A stretch of 47,282 nucleotides of DNA from an uncultured Nitrososphaerales archaeon (GCA_963709405.1 CAVPXM010000037.1:1-47282), one strand, 5' to 3'; counted from the stretch's first letter, positions 12,580 through 23,294 are shown. Translations and numbers: made by a program. The notes: generated by a model not told the origin, from the sequence alone.

Positions 12580-13568
12580 AAATAGAGAGCTATCACGACA
12601 ACTAATGCACAACTTTCTAACGTATTATGATAACGTGTCTACATTACCGGAATGGCTATCCAATGACCTATGCAGGGCAGTAACTGGTACTTCAGACTCT
12701 AACCGTGAATTATATACTGACGATGACGACATTATTTATCAGTACAAGCGACCTATCGGATTCAATGGTATCAACCTGGCAGCAACGAGATCTGATTTAC
12801 TGGATAGAGGATTAATCCTCGAGGCAGAACGAATTAAACCTGAAAACAGACGTAGTTTTGAGGATGACATCAAGCCAGAATTGGAAAGGATTAAACCCGA
12901 GCTACTGGGATTTATCTTTGATACTATCGTTAAGGTGTTAGAACTCAAGTCCCAAGGGGGCATTAAACTGAAGTCAATGTCAAGAATGGCAGATTTTGAG
13001 ATAGCTAGAGAAATGATATCGAGATGTCTTGGCTATGATGAAGGAGAATTTATCAAGGCCTATGATGAGAACAAAGCTTTAGGAACCAGTCAAGTACTAG
13101 AGGGCAGTTCTGTGGCTAGAGCGATCATCCATATGATGGAAACTAGGGATACTTGGTCTGGCAGTGCAACTATTCTACTATCGGAGTTAGAGGAAGAGGC
13201 CAATGATCTAAAGATAGACATACAAAAAGATAAATCATGGCCTAAAGCAGACTCATATCTTGAGTCGTAGGCTAAACGAGATTAAGGCAAACCTAGAAGA
13301 ACTAAACATTTTCATTAATACAACCCAGGATTCGAAAACTAGACTAGGAACTATAGTCATTTGCAAAATACCGTTCGAAGCACTCGAAGCCTCCGAAACG
13401 CCAGATTCGCGCCCAAAACAGGCTGATTCTTCGAATGCTACCGCGAATGCTCCCGAACCAGATCATCAAATAGCGTCCGACAAAGGTGGTCAAAGTCTCA
13501 TGCTCAAAATCAGAATACGAACGCTACGAATGCTACGAACGCTAGGTTGTAGCCATGGGCAGCTGTAG
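12580..13568 (+). pseudogene. Plasmid/virus-type replication helicase (primase-associated P-loop ATPase), C-terminal half, frameshifted
   Basis: YDNVS..SNDLCRAVTG..RELYTDDD..PIGFNGI..RSDLLDR..RMADF..W.GSAT.LL..WPK..LSRRL resembles helicase domains of mobile-element primase-helicases; Walker A region missing. Confidence 0.6.
13376..13544 (+). repeat. CGAA-core repeats with ~9-nt period at the 3' end of the helicase gene
   Basis: CGAA at 13376/13385/13394, 13432/13444/13454 and 13518/13527/13536 (cgaacgcta cgaatgcta cgaacgcta). Confidence 0.65.
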
Positions 13569-13636
13569 GAACTGCAGATGTTTATAGTAAAAAGAAAAAC
13601 AACAAACTACGTAGACTTGATTGGGACCAGGAGATA

Positions 13637-14581
13637 ATGCCTTATGTTAAAGAGATAATAGAAACTCGGAAAGAACCTGGCATATCACGACTCACTTTGA
13701 GGGGTCTCTTCTCTATCTTGGTATCAAAAAATATCCTCGAAAATCTGTACGAGCGTTACAAGGGCTTGTCAAGAAAGCTTGTTGAAGCAAGAGAAAGAGA
13801 GGAGATTGACCCTGACTGTATTGTGGACGAGTCCAGATCCATAATCGATATTGACGACCATTTTTACTTGCCCGAGCAGATTATATATGCTAACCTTGAA
13901 TTCCTCGAATCTCTGCCCGAGAAGTACAAAATGCATTATATTCCTCGGTGGTACGGACAGCCCCATTATATAGAGGTCTAGGTAGAGAAGAAGGCCATGG
14001 GTGGAGTACTCAAAAGCATGCTTCAGGGTCATGATGTCCGGATCGTTCCAACAGGTGGTTGGACGTCCTTTACGTATGAAAGAAAAAATTTAATACGATT
14101 ACGAGAGAAAATAAAAGAGGGAAAAGCAGTTCACATTTTGTATCTTGGTGAGTATGATCCCTCTGGTTTAAGGATGGATGAAAAAATGATAGAGAGGTAT
14201 TGGAGTGAACACGGCATTGACCTGAAACGAATAGCAATAACCAGAGAACAAATACACGAGTTTGGGTTACAACATCTTACAAACCCTGATCCCGAAGTTC
14301 TATCGAAATTAAGAAAAGACCCTAATTCTGGTATCTTTAGGAAGAACAATGGTGGTAGTTTATTCCAAATTGAAGTCGATGTCTTGCAGGTTCTGGATCC
14401 CTCAATTTTGAAAGATTTGTTAGACTCGAATATAGAACGATATTTTGACGAATTGATTTTCGATAACGTCATGAGAGATCGTAGATTCTCTTCTAAGTAC
14501 ATCCATGGACTTGTCTACAAGAAAGCCATGAAGCGCTTACTGAATTCATCAGTAAATCAAACCAAAATAGGGACAAGATAG
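13637..14581 (+). pseudogene. Topo VI-A/Spo11-like (5Y-CAP + TOPRIM; Mini-A-like) protein, inactivated
   Basis: LTLRGLFSILVS, LVEARE..I.PDCIVDESR, RWYGQPHYIEV*VEK, YLGEYDPSG, RIAIT, EVD; in-frame TAG at 13979-13981. Confidence 0.7.
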
Positions 14582-15018
14582 TATTCTAATACATAGCCGC
14601 AATGCGAACATTCTTTGAGGAGCTATCGCATTACATCTGATAAATATCAGTAAGGAGAATACTTTCTTAACTATAGTTCTGTCAGTTAACTGAACATTAT
14701 CACTCACAGCTAATCTAAGGACAAGCAGCTTTTGTTTCTAAACTATCTAAGATAACTGTATGGAACTGATCTGCCTAGCCCTTTAAAATTACTTAAAGCA
14801 GGTGCAACAGTTTGTAAATCATGGTCATTAATCTTCTTGCTATTGGGACAACAGAATTATCAGATTCATCCTAAGGAGGTAGTTAGAATTGAATATATTA
14901 ACATCACAATAGTTCCTAATAATGAAGTTAGATGTTTAAATATATTTTAGAGGTATGATATCAAATTAATTAATCCAATTATAACCTTTAGAAATTTTGC
15001 TACCGCTGTTTATCACCT

Positions 15019-15705
15019 TCATAATATTGTCCCTCTGCCTTCTGACTCGCGCTTAAATAAGTCAATCATGTACTGCTCTACCTTGAGCAAAAGTTTGCAC
15101 GTATCGCAGAATTTACCAGCTCTTATCTCTTCGGCTTTGCATTCACAACCGATTTCGTCTATCTGTTCACGTAAGTGATATTGCGGTGTACCCTCGGCTT
15201 CTAGTTTTTGGTCGGCGGCCTCCTGTTTATGTTTTTCCCTTATAGCTTTTCTGGCTCTACGTTGTTGTCGTTCCCATTTGGCTTTGCTGATGACTTCGGG
15301 CTTGGGCTTATGTATTTTGCCGGCTAAAATTATACAGTCTTGTATATACTCCTGTTTTATTTCGTCCCTGAATTCTTTATTAAGATCAGGCAGGGCTTTA
15401 TCCTCTTCAAACGTTCTACTGAGATCCTCATGGTCAATGCATCTTATATTATAGCAATATTCTAAAACTGGATATAGCTTGTTTCTACTTTCAAGATCGT
15501 GTCTTTTCTTTGATTGCAACTCGTAGTATTCATGCTTATCCTTTTCCACTTGACATACAGAACATAGCCAATCATGTCTTATAATCTCTGAATAACCCAT
15601 CATCTGCTGACTGCATTTTTTACATTTCGTTTCATATCCATATACCTGTTTAAAAATAAAGTCCTCTATTATATTATAATTATCCTCTATGGCTTCGGGG
15701 TTGGC
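15019..15705 (-). CDS. Hypothetical Cys-rich protein with several CxxC pairs, 5' end cut by an IS481 fragment
   Basis: CKKC, CSVC, CEC and CDTC in a 235-codon ORF whose annotated start overlaps IS481 sequence. Confidence 0.5.
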   Translation of the reverse strand, partial: ANPEAIEDNYNIIEDFIFKQVYGYETKCKKCSQQMMGYSEIIRHDWLCSVCQVEKDKHEYYELQSKKRHDLESRNKLYPVLEYCYNIRCIDHEDLSRTFEEDKALPDLNKEFRDEIKQEYIQDCIILAGKIHKPKPEVISKAKWERQQRRARKAIREKHKQEAADQKLEAEGTPQYHLREQIDEIGCECKAEEIRAGKFCDTCKLLLKVEQYMIDLFKRESEGRGTIL

Positions 15706-15706
15706 C

Positions 15707-16120
15707 CCTGTATCTATTATTTGCAAGAGATACTGTACATCCAGAAAGAGTTACTACAAGTGGAAGAAGAGGTACAAAGGGAAAGGGATAGAGGGATTAT
15801 CAGATCTCTCTAAAAGACCTCATAATATCAAGTACAAGAAGATTACATCTGAAATACAAGAAACAATACTTGATCTACGTTTAACCAAAAGATTTGGATG
15901 TAATAGAATCAAGTTTAGATTAAAAAGGATTATTGGATTGTCATTAAGTACCAGAACTATATACAACTTACTAAAAAGACACGGCCCTAACATCCTCAAG
16001 TGTCAATATAGAAAAAGAAGGTACAAACGGTTTGCCATGAAACATCCCAATGATATGGTACAGATGAATATCCTAGGACCATTCTATCTCAGTAATTCTA
16101 GCCAAAGGAATTACATAATT
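15707..16120 (+). mobile_element. IS481 transposase fragment (5' half)
   Basis: Protein closely similar to the 11155-12187 element (RKSYYKW, LRLTKRFGCNRIKFRL, GPFYLSNSSQRNYII); truncated at both ends. Confidence 0.88.
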
Positions 16121-16227
16121 GAGACATGGGCATAATTCAAGCGCCTTGCGACTACAGGTCTTTTGCCTTCAGTTAAGCCTAAACTTATCCCAAGGCTAGT
16201 TTAATTTATATAACAAAATTAAAATAA

Positions 16228-17137
16228 TTGGATATGTTATTTCTGGGCGCAGGTGCTTCGAGGGCAGTAGGTATAGGACATATACAAGATTTAACACAGA
16301 AAATTAAGGAACGAATATCAAAAAGTGACTATGGAGAAATCTGGAAACATATTGAAACAATCCTCGATTCATCAAATACGAACAACAGATTCTTCAATTC
16401 TGGAGAGATAGACCTAGAAGTAATATACTCAATTCTTAATGCACGTGCTCACCATTTTGACGCATTAAGAGATTTAGGACCCTATGCAATATACTTGGAT
16501 CAACTGAGGAAGGACAAAGAATTACCGTTTGTAAAGAGTTTTTCTGATTCTGCAACCATCCAGGGGATAAAGGAAATTGTAGATGACACCCTTGTACAAT
16601 CATGCAGTAAGTTCAATATGTCATCGGCACAGCAATATTATGATGAACTGTTTGAATTTGAGAAAACCCAACTTAAAAGAGGACATATAAAGTTGTTTGC
16701 CCATGTAGTTACTACTAACTATGATTTAGTGTATGAAACATGTGCAAAACATAACTCAGATATACCTTGGAGAAGAGGATTCATTAGAGCCCATAACTGG
16801 CGAACAAATATTACCAATTGAGGATATACACTTTCAAAACAATGTAGGTAATATACAGTATGTTAAGTTACACGGTTCGATAAATTGGTGGATTAGAAGC
16901 CGTGATTGTAAGCTTAGCTTAGCATTAGCTTTACTAAGCTTAGCTTTCAAACAGGGATTAGAATCTAGTACAAATAAGCGACTGATACTAGTAAATCCTA
17001 ACCCAGATTGTATAATTGGCCGAATACAAACTATATTTCCAAATGACAAGATTGACATTATTGAGCAAGGATTTGGCGATGCTAATCTTTATACAGACTT
17101 ACAAAATAGAATAAATAATCAGCCTTTAGGAATCTGA
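16228..17137 (+). pseudogene. SIR2-like (SIR2_2) protein, frameshifted and internally deleted
   Basis: LFLGAGAS, VTTNYDL, YVKLHGSINW, LILVNP; the expected GYSF-type motif is absent. Confidence 0.8.
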
Positions 17138-17188
17138 ATTATGCAAGTATTTTAGATATAATTTATTCAATTAATTACTCAACCTGCC

Positions 17189-17510
17189 TCATTTTAGAAA
17201 ATCTGATAGACTAGATTGTTTTGTGTTACTAGATGTTCTCCATTTGATATCAGAAATCTCAACATTTTCCCAAGTCACTTCTGACAAATCCAGCATTTTC
17301 CTGAATGTGTTAGCAGTTCCAGGACCAAAGCCAGCATAATGATTATTTGCTGCTACTATTGCTAGATTAATTTTCCTGTGCTCTTCTCTGGCTCTCTTAA
17401 GAAATCTAGCCCATTTTTTCATTTCTGAAATTCTGTCTTTTTGTATCTTTCCAAAATCTTGTTCTTGTATAGTTCTATCTCCAATAAATCTAATATATAG
17501 GCAAGCTGAC
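17189..17510 (-). pseudogene. DUF72 family protein, C-terminal fragment
   Basis: LYIRFIGDR..W..ANNHYAGFGP.TA motif. Confidence 0.75.
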
Positions 17511-17534
17511 TCCAGACCATACCATATACACATA

Positions 17535-17822
17535 TTGCTATTTGAATGGCGAAGAGCCAAAGTGTTAGAGATGATAAGTAAGGGTAATTCCCAAACAGAA
17601 ATAGCAGGAATTCTTGAAGTGGATTTGTCTATAATCAGTAGGGATATGTCCTACATAAGGCAACAAGCAAAACAAGATATCAAAAAATATAGAGATGAAC
17701 GACTACCTGAGGAATATGAAAAATGTCTAGTTGGCTTAACTTCAATTCTGAGAGAAGCATGGAATACTGCTACTAACGCTAAAGAAAAAAGAGAGAAGAT
17801 ACAAGCATTCTGTATGTTGTGA
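17535..17822 (+). pseudogene. Small HTH protein (LuxR/TrpR-like), probably truncated
   Basis: EWRRAKVLEMISKGNSQTEIAGILEVDLSIISRD..LPEEYEKCLVGL, a type I recognise from Nitrososphaeraceae. Confidence 0.6.
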
Positions 17823-17855
17823 AAATATAATAATTACAGGATCACAGATGTCTTC

Positions 17856-18944
17856 ATGTCAGTCGTTATACCTCACATAACTAATGAACCAGGGATTCGT
17901 TATTTTATGCCCAGATATGTCAGTATAGCTGTTGGGCAAACTATTAGGTGGCTTAATACGGATAATGAATCGCATTCTATTATATTTGAAAAGGAAATAC
18001 CACCATATGACATCAAGATTGGAGATGTCGGTCCTAACGGAGAGTGCGCAAAAACATTCGACTTTTACACTCCGAGGATAGAGTATTCTTGTGCAATCCA
18101 TCCGCAGGAAAAAGGAACAATAGCAATCTATCCGAAACAGGAAGAGGAGATGAGTAATACCGAGAGATTAAGATTTTTGATTGGTTTTACTGGCAATCAA
18201 CTTCCTGAAATATTAGGTAACTTAAGTCACAAGCCAATAGTATATGGAAAAAATCTCATCCCTGAGATAGCGGCATCTGTCTCATTAAACAAATTTTTGG
18301 ATCCTGCCATATACTCAATTTTAGGGGATCCTCAATTATACCGTCTTCAAAGCAAAAATCTGACGATCGTCTTTTGGGACATATCATCTTTTTCCAATCT
18401 ATGTAACACTTTGATTAATGAGCCAGTCCTGATTGCAGGATTTCTAACAGACTATTTTGACACGGCGGGTAGAATTATTCATAACAATAACGGAATAGTG
18501 GACAAGTTTATTGGTGATGGCATAATGGCTCTCTTTGGATTTTATAGTGACGATAAAACACAAGGTGCATTGAATGCAGTAACAAGTGCTTTACAACTAA
18601 GACAGAGTTTTAAAACAATACGACAGAAATGGCTGGAAGTCTGGTCTAGGCATTTTACTCATTATAAGGTTGACATCGATGTTAAGTGTGGAATAAATAT
18701 CGGATCGGTATTGTTTGGATTATTAGATGCAGGTTCACGTTACCAAATTACCGCCATGGGTTCAACGGTTAATCTGGCAAGCAGATTAGAGTCGATAGCA
18801 GAAAAAGATCAGATAATCATATCGAGTGAGGTCAAGGATCTCATTCATGACACATATAAGACATCCAGTATTCCACTTCCTCCAGATAAGCAAATACGAT
18901 CATTCCCAGAAGTTGATGTGGTCTATCAAATAAATAAAAGTTAA
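17856..18944 (+). CDS. Cupredoxin (plastocyanin-like) domain fused to a class III adenylate cyclase
   Basis: N-terminal F.P..VSIAVGQTIRWLNTDNESH...YSCAIHP..GTI. C-terminal VFWDISSFS, DKFIGDGIMALFG, VKCGINIG, TAMGSTVNLASRLES. Intact 362 aa. Confidence 0.88.
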   Translation: MSVVIPHITNEPGIRYFMPRYVSIAVGQTIRWLNTDNESHSIIFEKEIPPYDIKIGDVGPNGECAKTFDFYTPRIEYSCAIHPQEKGTIAIYPKQEEEMSNTERLRFLIGFTGNQLPEILGNLSHKPIVYGKNLIPEIAASVSLNKFLDPAIYSILGDPQLYRLQSKNLTIVFWDISSFSNLCNTLINEPVLIAGFLTDYFDTAGRIIHNNNGIVDKFIGDGIMALFGFYSDDKTQGALNAVTSALQLRQSFKTIRQKWLEVWSRHFTHYKVDIDVKCGINIGSVLFGLLDAGSRYQITAMGSTVNLASRLESIAEKDQIIISSEVKDLIHDTYKTSSIPLPPDKQIRSFPEVDVVYQINKS

Positions 18945-19428
18945 GTTTTGACCAAAAAATTTTAGATGAGTATGTCAACTGTATACTTTCCTTTATTGCG
19001 CTATGTCTTTTGATCATAGGAGATTCTGTGGTATTCAAGGCTGGGGGACATTATCAAAGGATAACAAGTTTCTGATTTCTAATCTAGATATCTTGAAATT
19101 ACGATTACTGTAATAATGAGTTATGTCTATCTGCAAGGAAAATTCACTATATTACGACTTTAAAATGTCGAGTATTTCGATTCTATCGCACTTACCATCT
19201 GCCAACTATGGCAGGACAATTTGTAGTTCTGCACCCACCTACTGTAGAAAAAGTTGGTCCTGCTACTGTCAAATAATAAGACATGATGGTTTGAATTATA
19301 TATATCGGTAAACAGGAACATGTCTTAAGGCTCAATCGGATGGTTCTTTTTTTACACGAGTTTGTTCTGTAAGGTGAAAGCGATAATTGAAGCCATGAAT
19401 AAATTAACAATTTATTGATATGGAATTA

Positions 19429-19661
19429 GCCGACTGATTTTCGAAGATATGTGGCTTTCTATCCAGGACTGACATCCTAGGTTCCAGACAGTCTCGAAGT
19501 TTGCCCTTACCATCACAGAACTGGACTACTCGTCAATTGTTTGGAATTAGCGACTACCTATTTTTCTATGATGACAACCATACATTTCCAAGGACATAAT
19601 GGGCCTTTACCCGCTATGCAGATCTGTATGATGGATCATTCCTCTCTTCCGATCAGTCGAC
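19429..19661 (-). ncRNA. Candidate structured non-coding RNA (~233 nt) of unknown family
   Basis: Ends pair (GUCGACUGAU / AUCAGUCGGC) and nested helices form, with G-U pairs only on the minus strand. TATA-like AAAAGTATAA upstream; partial second copy at 42901-42971. Confidence 0.5.
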
Positions 19662-19685
19662 ATATATTATACTCCAAACTAACTA

Positions 19686-19695
19686 TTATACTTTT
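19686..19695 (-). promoter_or_regulatory. Putative archaeal BRE/TATA promoter of the candidate RNA
   Basis: AAAAGTATAA on the minus strand, 24 nt upstream of the element; the same 10-mer is at 43003-43012 upstream of copy 2. Confidence 0.45.
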
Positions 19696-19802
19696 ATTGA
19701 ATTAGTCCCATTCAAAAATTAACCAAAAATTTAACATCACTATTTATGTGAAAGATTTAAATCATTTCTTATAATATTTCAATGTTCTTGGAAATATCTG
19801 AA

Positions 19803-20546
19803 TTAAGGGCTGATGTCAAATCGCCTCAGAAGAATAGGACTCTTTTTGGTTATTATTTCACCAAACTTTATACGAAGATTTCGATATTCTTGGTATATAG
19901 AGAATGCCTCAGGTGAGATAAAAGTATCATATTCATCATCCGTTCCTCTGTAAACAACTACATGAGCAGCAACTAATTTTTTGCCTGTCACTTCATCAAA
20001 GATAGGGTGTATATCTCCATCCCTAAGGCCAACAAAACCTCCCAATCTCATTCCACTCTATGCCATGAAAAGTATAGGAATTTTGGCTCTAAGATCTGAA
20101 TGTTCTAACATTTTCTTTATTTGTTCTCTTGTGTAGGCTTCATCTGCTGCGTTACCATTACCATATGGTAAGAGTTTGTTTATTTTTCTCCAATTAAGAA
20201 TAATATCATTCATTTCACAGAACAACTTTACCGGAGTAATCATGCTATGAGCAGTTGCAGCAGTGATCTCCTCTTTACCTATTTTGGCCCGTATGAATAA
20301 AACATAGTCTTCTAATATACGTTGTAGTTGTATCATTTGTTTGATATTGTCCCCTGTATACTTTGCAATAATCTCCTCAGTTGTCATTTCAATAAATTTA
20401 CAAAAATGCCATAATTGCTGCTTGTATAGCTGAAGTGTTTTGTCTGAATGAAGAGCACATTTGAATAGTTGATAAGATCTTCCTATCAGATATTTATCAT
20501 AATTTAGTGGGATTCTTTTTTCATTTCTCATGAATTTCTTAGACAT
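19803..20546 (-). pseudogene. Tyrosine recombinase/integrase, in-frame stop and C-terminally truncated
   Basis: YTREQIKKMLE..LRAKIPILFMA*SGMRLGG...VYRG (catalytic Arg box); HxxR and Tyr region missing. Confidence 0.85.
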
Positions 20547-21340
20547 GTTCTTAACGTATGAAGGGATAGCGTGAATCGCATATTGTGATAGTTGATTATC
20601 CTCGGTTGTTACTTTTTTAGCGGTATCTGTATTTACTTACGCTCGTATATAAGATTTATTTCAGATTAACCTATTATAAAATATGGAATGCTGTTAACAA
20701 GGTCTGACAATTCTGTTTTTCTTGATATCCTTTAGTTGCCTTCAAAGAATGCAACAATAAGGAAAAGAAAGAGATAGAAAAACCAATAGGTTTGTTCCAA
20801 CATACATATCAAATGCAAATGAATGAAAGGATCATAAAATGATCATATGATACAAATGGTCGATATTTGATCTGGAGTATAAGTGAATTTAGATTGAATG
20901 ATTGCTTTAATTGTTGCATACCTTCAACAGTACGACAGTTAGAATGGGCTTTTGTGTATGTAATCTATAGGAATTCAATTCATAAATTCATATTTCATTC
21001 GATTATCTTGATAATATTGTATTGCTGTTCCAAATTTTGATTACTCATGTCTAGATATTATGCTATTAATCCCAAATAGATAGATAAAGGAAATTTTAGT
21101 CATTATATCATCATCCTACTAATTTTAATAATTACGTAGACTGCAAATGTTTCATGATATTAGTATAACTATGTACCAGTTATTGTCATTTATCTAATTC
21201 AAGCTTAAAATAACCTTGCTATAAAAGACTAGGACCAGAATTATTCAACAATGCATTGAATAGACGTAGATTAAATAATAAGTATTAGTCAATTGACTGA
21301 TAAATTTATAATGAGGCATCAGCTTTTATTAACTTATAGT

Positions 21341-21616
21341 ATGACTTCAAATGAAAATATGTACAACGAGTATTTTAGATATTTTGATAAGATGAATGAG
21401 TTGTATCAAGGATATATTAAAGGTATAGAGAGAACTAATCAATTGTACACCGAATCGATTAAAAATGTGGATAAGATGAATGAGTTGTATAGAGAACTTA
21501 TCAAAACAAATGAGAAGATGAATGAACTGTATAGAGAAATACAAAGAATAAATCTCGAATGGCTAAATGTTTTTTGGAAACCTTGGTTTTCAAAGGAATG
21601 GACAAAGAACGAATAG
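21341..21616 (+). CDS. Small amphipathic helical protein with 14-aa repeats
   Basis: DKMNELY / ERTNQLY / DKMNELY / EKMNELY at 14-residue spacing; Trp-rich C-terminus. Confidence 0.55.
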   Translation: MTSNENMYNEYFRYFDKMNELYQGYIKGIERTNQLYTESIKNVDKMNELYRELIKTNEKMNELYREIQRINLEWLNVFWKPWFSKEWTKNE

Positions 21617-21739
21617 AAGACATAGAAACTGAGAATACTTTATTTTGATTGCTCACCGTTCCATAAAGCTTATTTTGATTCCAAAATAAGCAAGTTCGTA
21701 TTTCAGATTGGAGCCCCCTAATGCAAACTTTGTCATAAC

Positions 21740-22701
21740 ATGAACAGATGCACAAAGAAAGTTTACGATTCTACAAAAAATACTTTTACATGTGTAATTG
21801 CAGGTGCGGGTCTTATTGGTCTTGAGATGGTAGAAGCATTTAAGGAAAGAAGTGCGAGAAGAAAAATGGACATAACAGTAGTAGAGATGAGTGACCATAT
21901 CCTTCCTACTATGCTTGATAAAAACATGGCCAAGATTGTAGAAAGAGAGTTAGAAGCCAATGGAGTGAAAGTTATAACAGGTGAGCGAGTGGAAGAAATA
22001 GTTGGTAGCACAGATGGCGATGTCAAGGCTGTAAAAACTAATACTAATCGCGAGATTGATGCTGATTTCATACTACTTGGGACCGGTGTAAGGCCTAATT
22101 CTGAAATTGCTAGAGATGCAGGGATAGAGCTAGGATATGCTAATGCAATTAAGGTTGATGAATACATGAGAACCAATATTCCTGATATATTTGCAGCAGG
22201 GGATTGTGCAACTGTTAGAAGCTATATTACAAATGAAGATACATACCTACCTATGGGAACAACTGCAAACAAGCAGGGACGAATTGCAGGAGAGAATGCG
22301 GCTTGTGGAAGTGCAAGATTTAGAGGAATTGCGGGCAGTGCTATAACCAAGGTATTTGACTTGTATATTGGGAAGACTGGATTAACTAGACAAGAAGCTT
22401 TGAAGTATGGTTTCGACTCTATTGAAGAAGAAATTGAAAGCATAACAAGGGATGGTTATTACCCAGCCAACAAATCAATATGGATAAAGATTGTTGCCGA
22501 TAAAAAAGTGGAAGGATATTAGGTTCACAAATTATTGGAGGAGAAGCAGTGAAGGAGAGAATTGATTTAATTGCATTAGCTCTCTTACTTAAAGCAGACA
22601 TAAGAGATTTGGCAAGTTATGATGCATGTTATGTTCCACCAGCTTCGCCAGTGTGGGAACCTGTCAATATTGCTGCATCACAGACAGCTAAGCAATTATG
22701 A
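21740..22701 (+). pseudogene. CoA-disulfide reductase/NADH oxidase family flavoprotein, N-terminally truncated and frameshifted
   Basis: GAGLIGLEMVE, GVRPNS, IFAAGDCA, ANKQGR. Dimerisation domain (LGSQIIGGE..YVPPASPVWEP) continues in another frame after ~22510. Confidence 0.85.
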
Positions 22702-23294
22702 TTTCGTATGTTAGTCTGAGGAACTCATGCTTTTTTAGAAAAACCAATCTCGTCGAATGGTGATCCATACTTACAGGCAGCAAGATAAAAATGAGATCTG
22801 AACTAGTCATTCCTGAATTCTGATAATATTATTGAGTATGCGATATTATAGTATCTTTACTTTGAATCTGTACATGACCCTGAAAGTGCAGGATTGTAGC
22901 TCTCAATGATAGCCCTGCTAGCATCGATATTCATCAAGTCCGATACTCTACAACCAATGGTTACCAATTAGCTATGATGTAACTTGACTGATGTTATACA
23001 CAACAAAATGTAAAGTATGCAATGAAAGATTAAACGATAAGATTACAAGTCAATTAGTGACTTAGTACAGTATCTGGAGTATGTATTAAGCACTGAAAGC
23101 CAAAGAGGTGGTGCTAAAATCTATAGGATATGTCCGGACAGACTTCAGTGAAGAAGAGATCAAAAGACAACCTGAGACTAATCCATCTCCAACTTGAGTA
23201 ATTTCACCAAGTCTAAAAACAATCCATGGCATTCTGAGCTTAATAAGATGATATGGTAAAAAATGATTGTATTTCGCTCATTATCGTCTAAAGG

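Noticed and set aside
13637-14581. Wadjet JetD system
   Set aside because: The TOPRIM motif is similar, but no jetABC/SMC genes are nearby and the context is a replication module.
19429-19661. RNase P RNA or group I intron
   Set aside because: GAGGAA and GAGACUG/CAGUCC resemble conserved motifs, but P2-P4 of RNase P cannot be formed and the GACUG/CAGUC pair closes a simple hairpin. Kept as an unknown RNA.
13979-20060. Amber read-through (pyrrolysine) at the in-frame TAG codons of the Mini-A-like and integrase genes
   Set aside because: Both are one substitution from the expected codon (TGG, TCG), both genes carry other lesions, and no pyl genes are seen.
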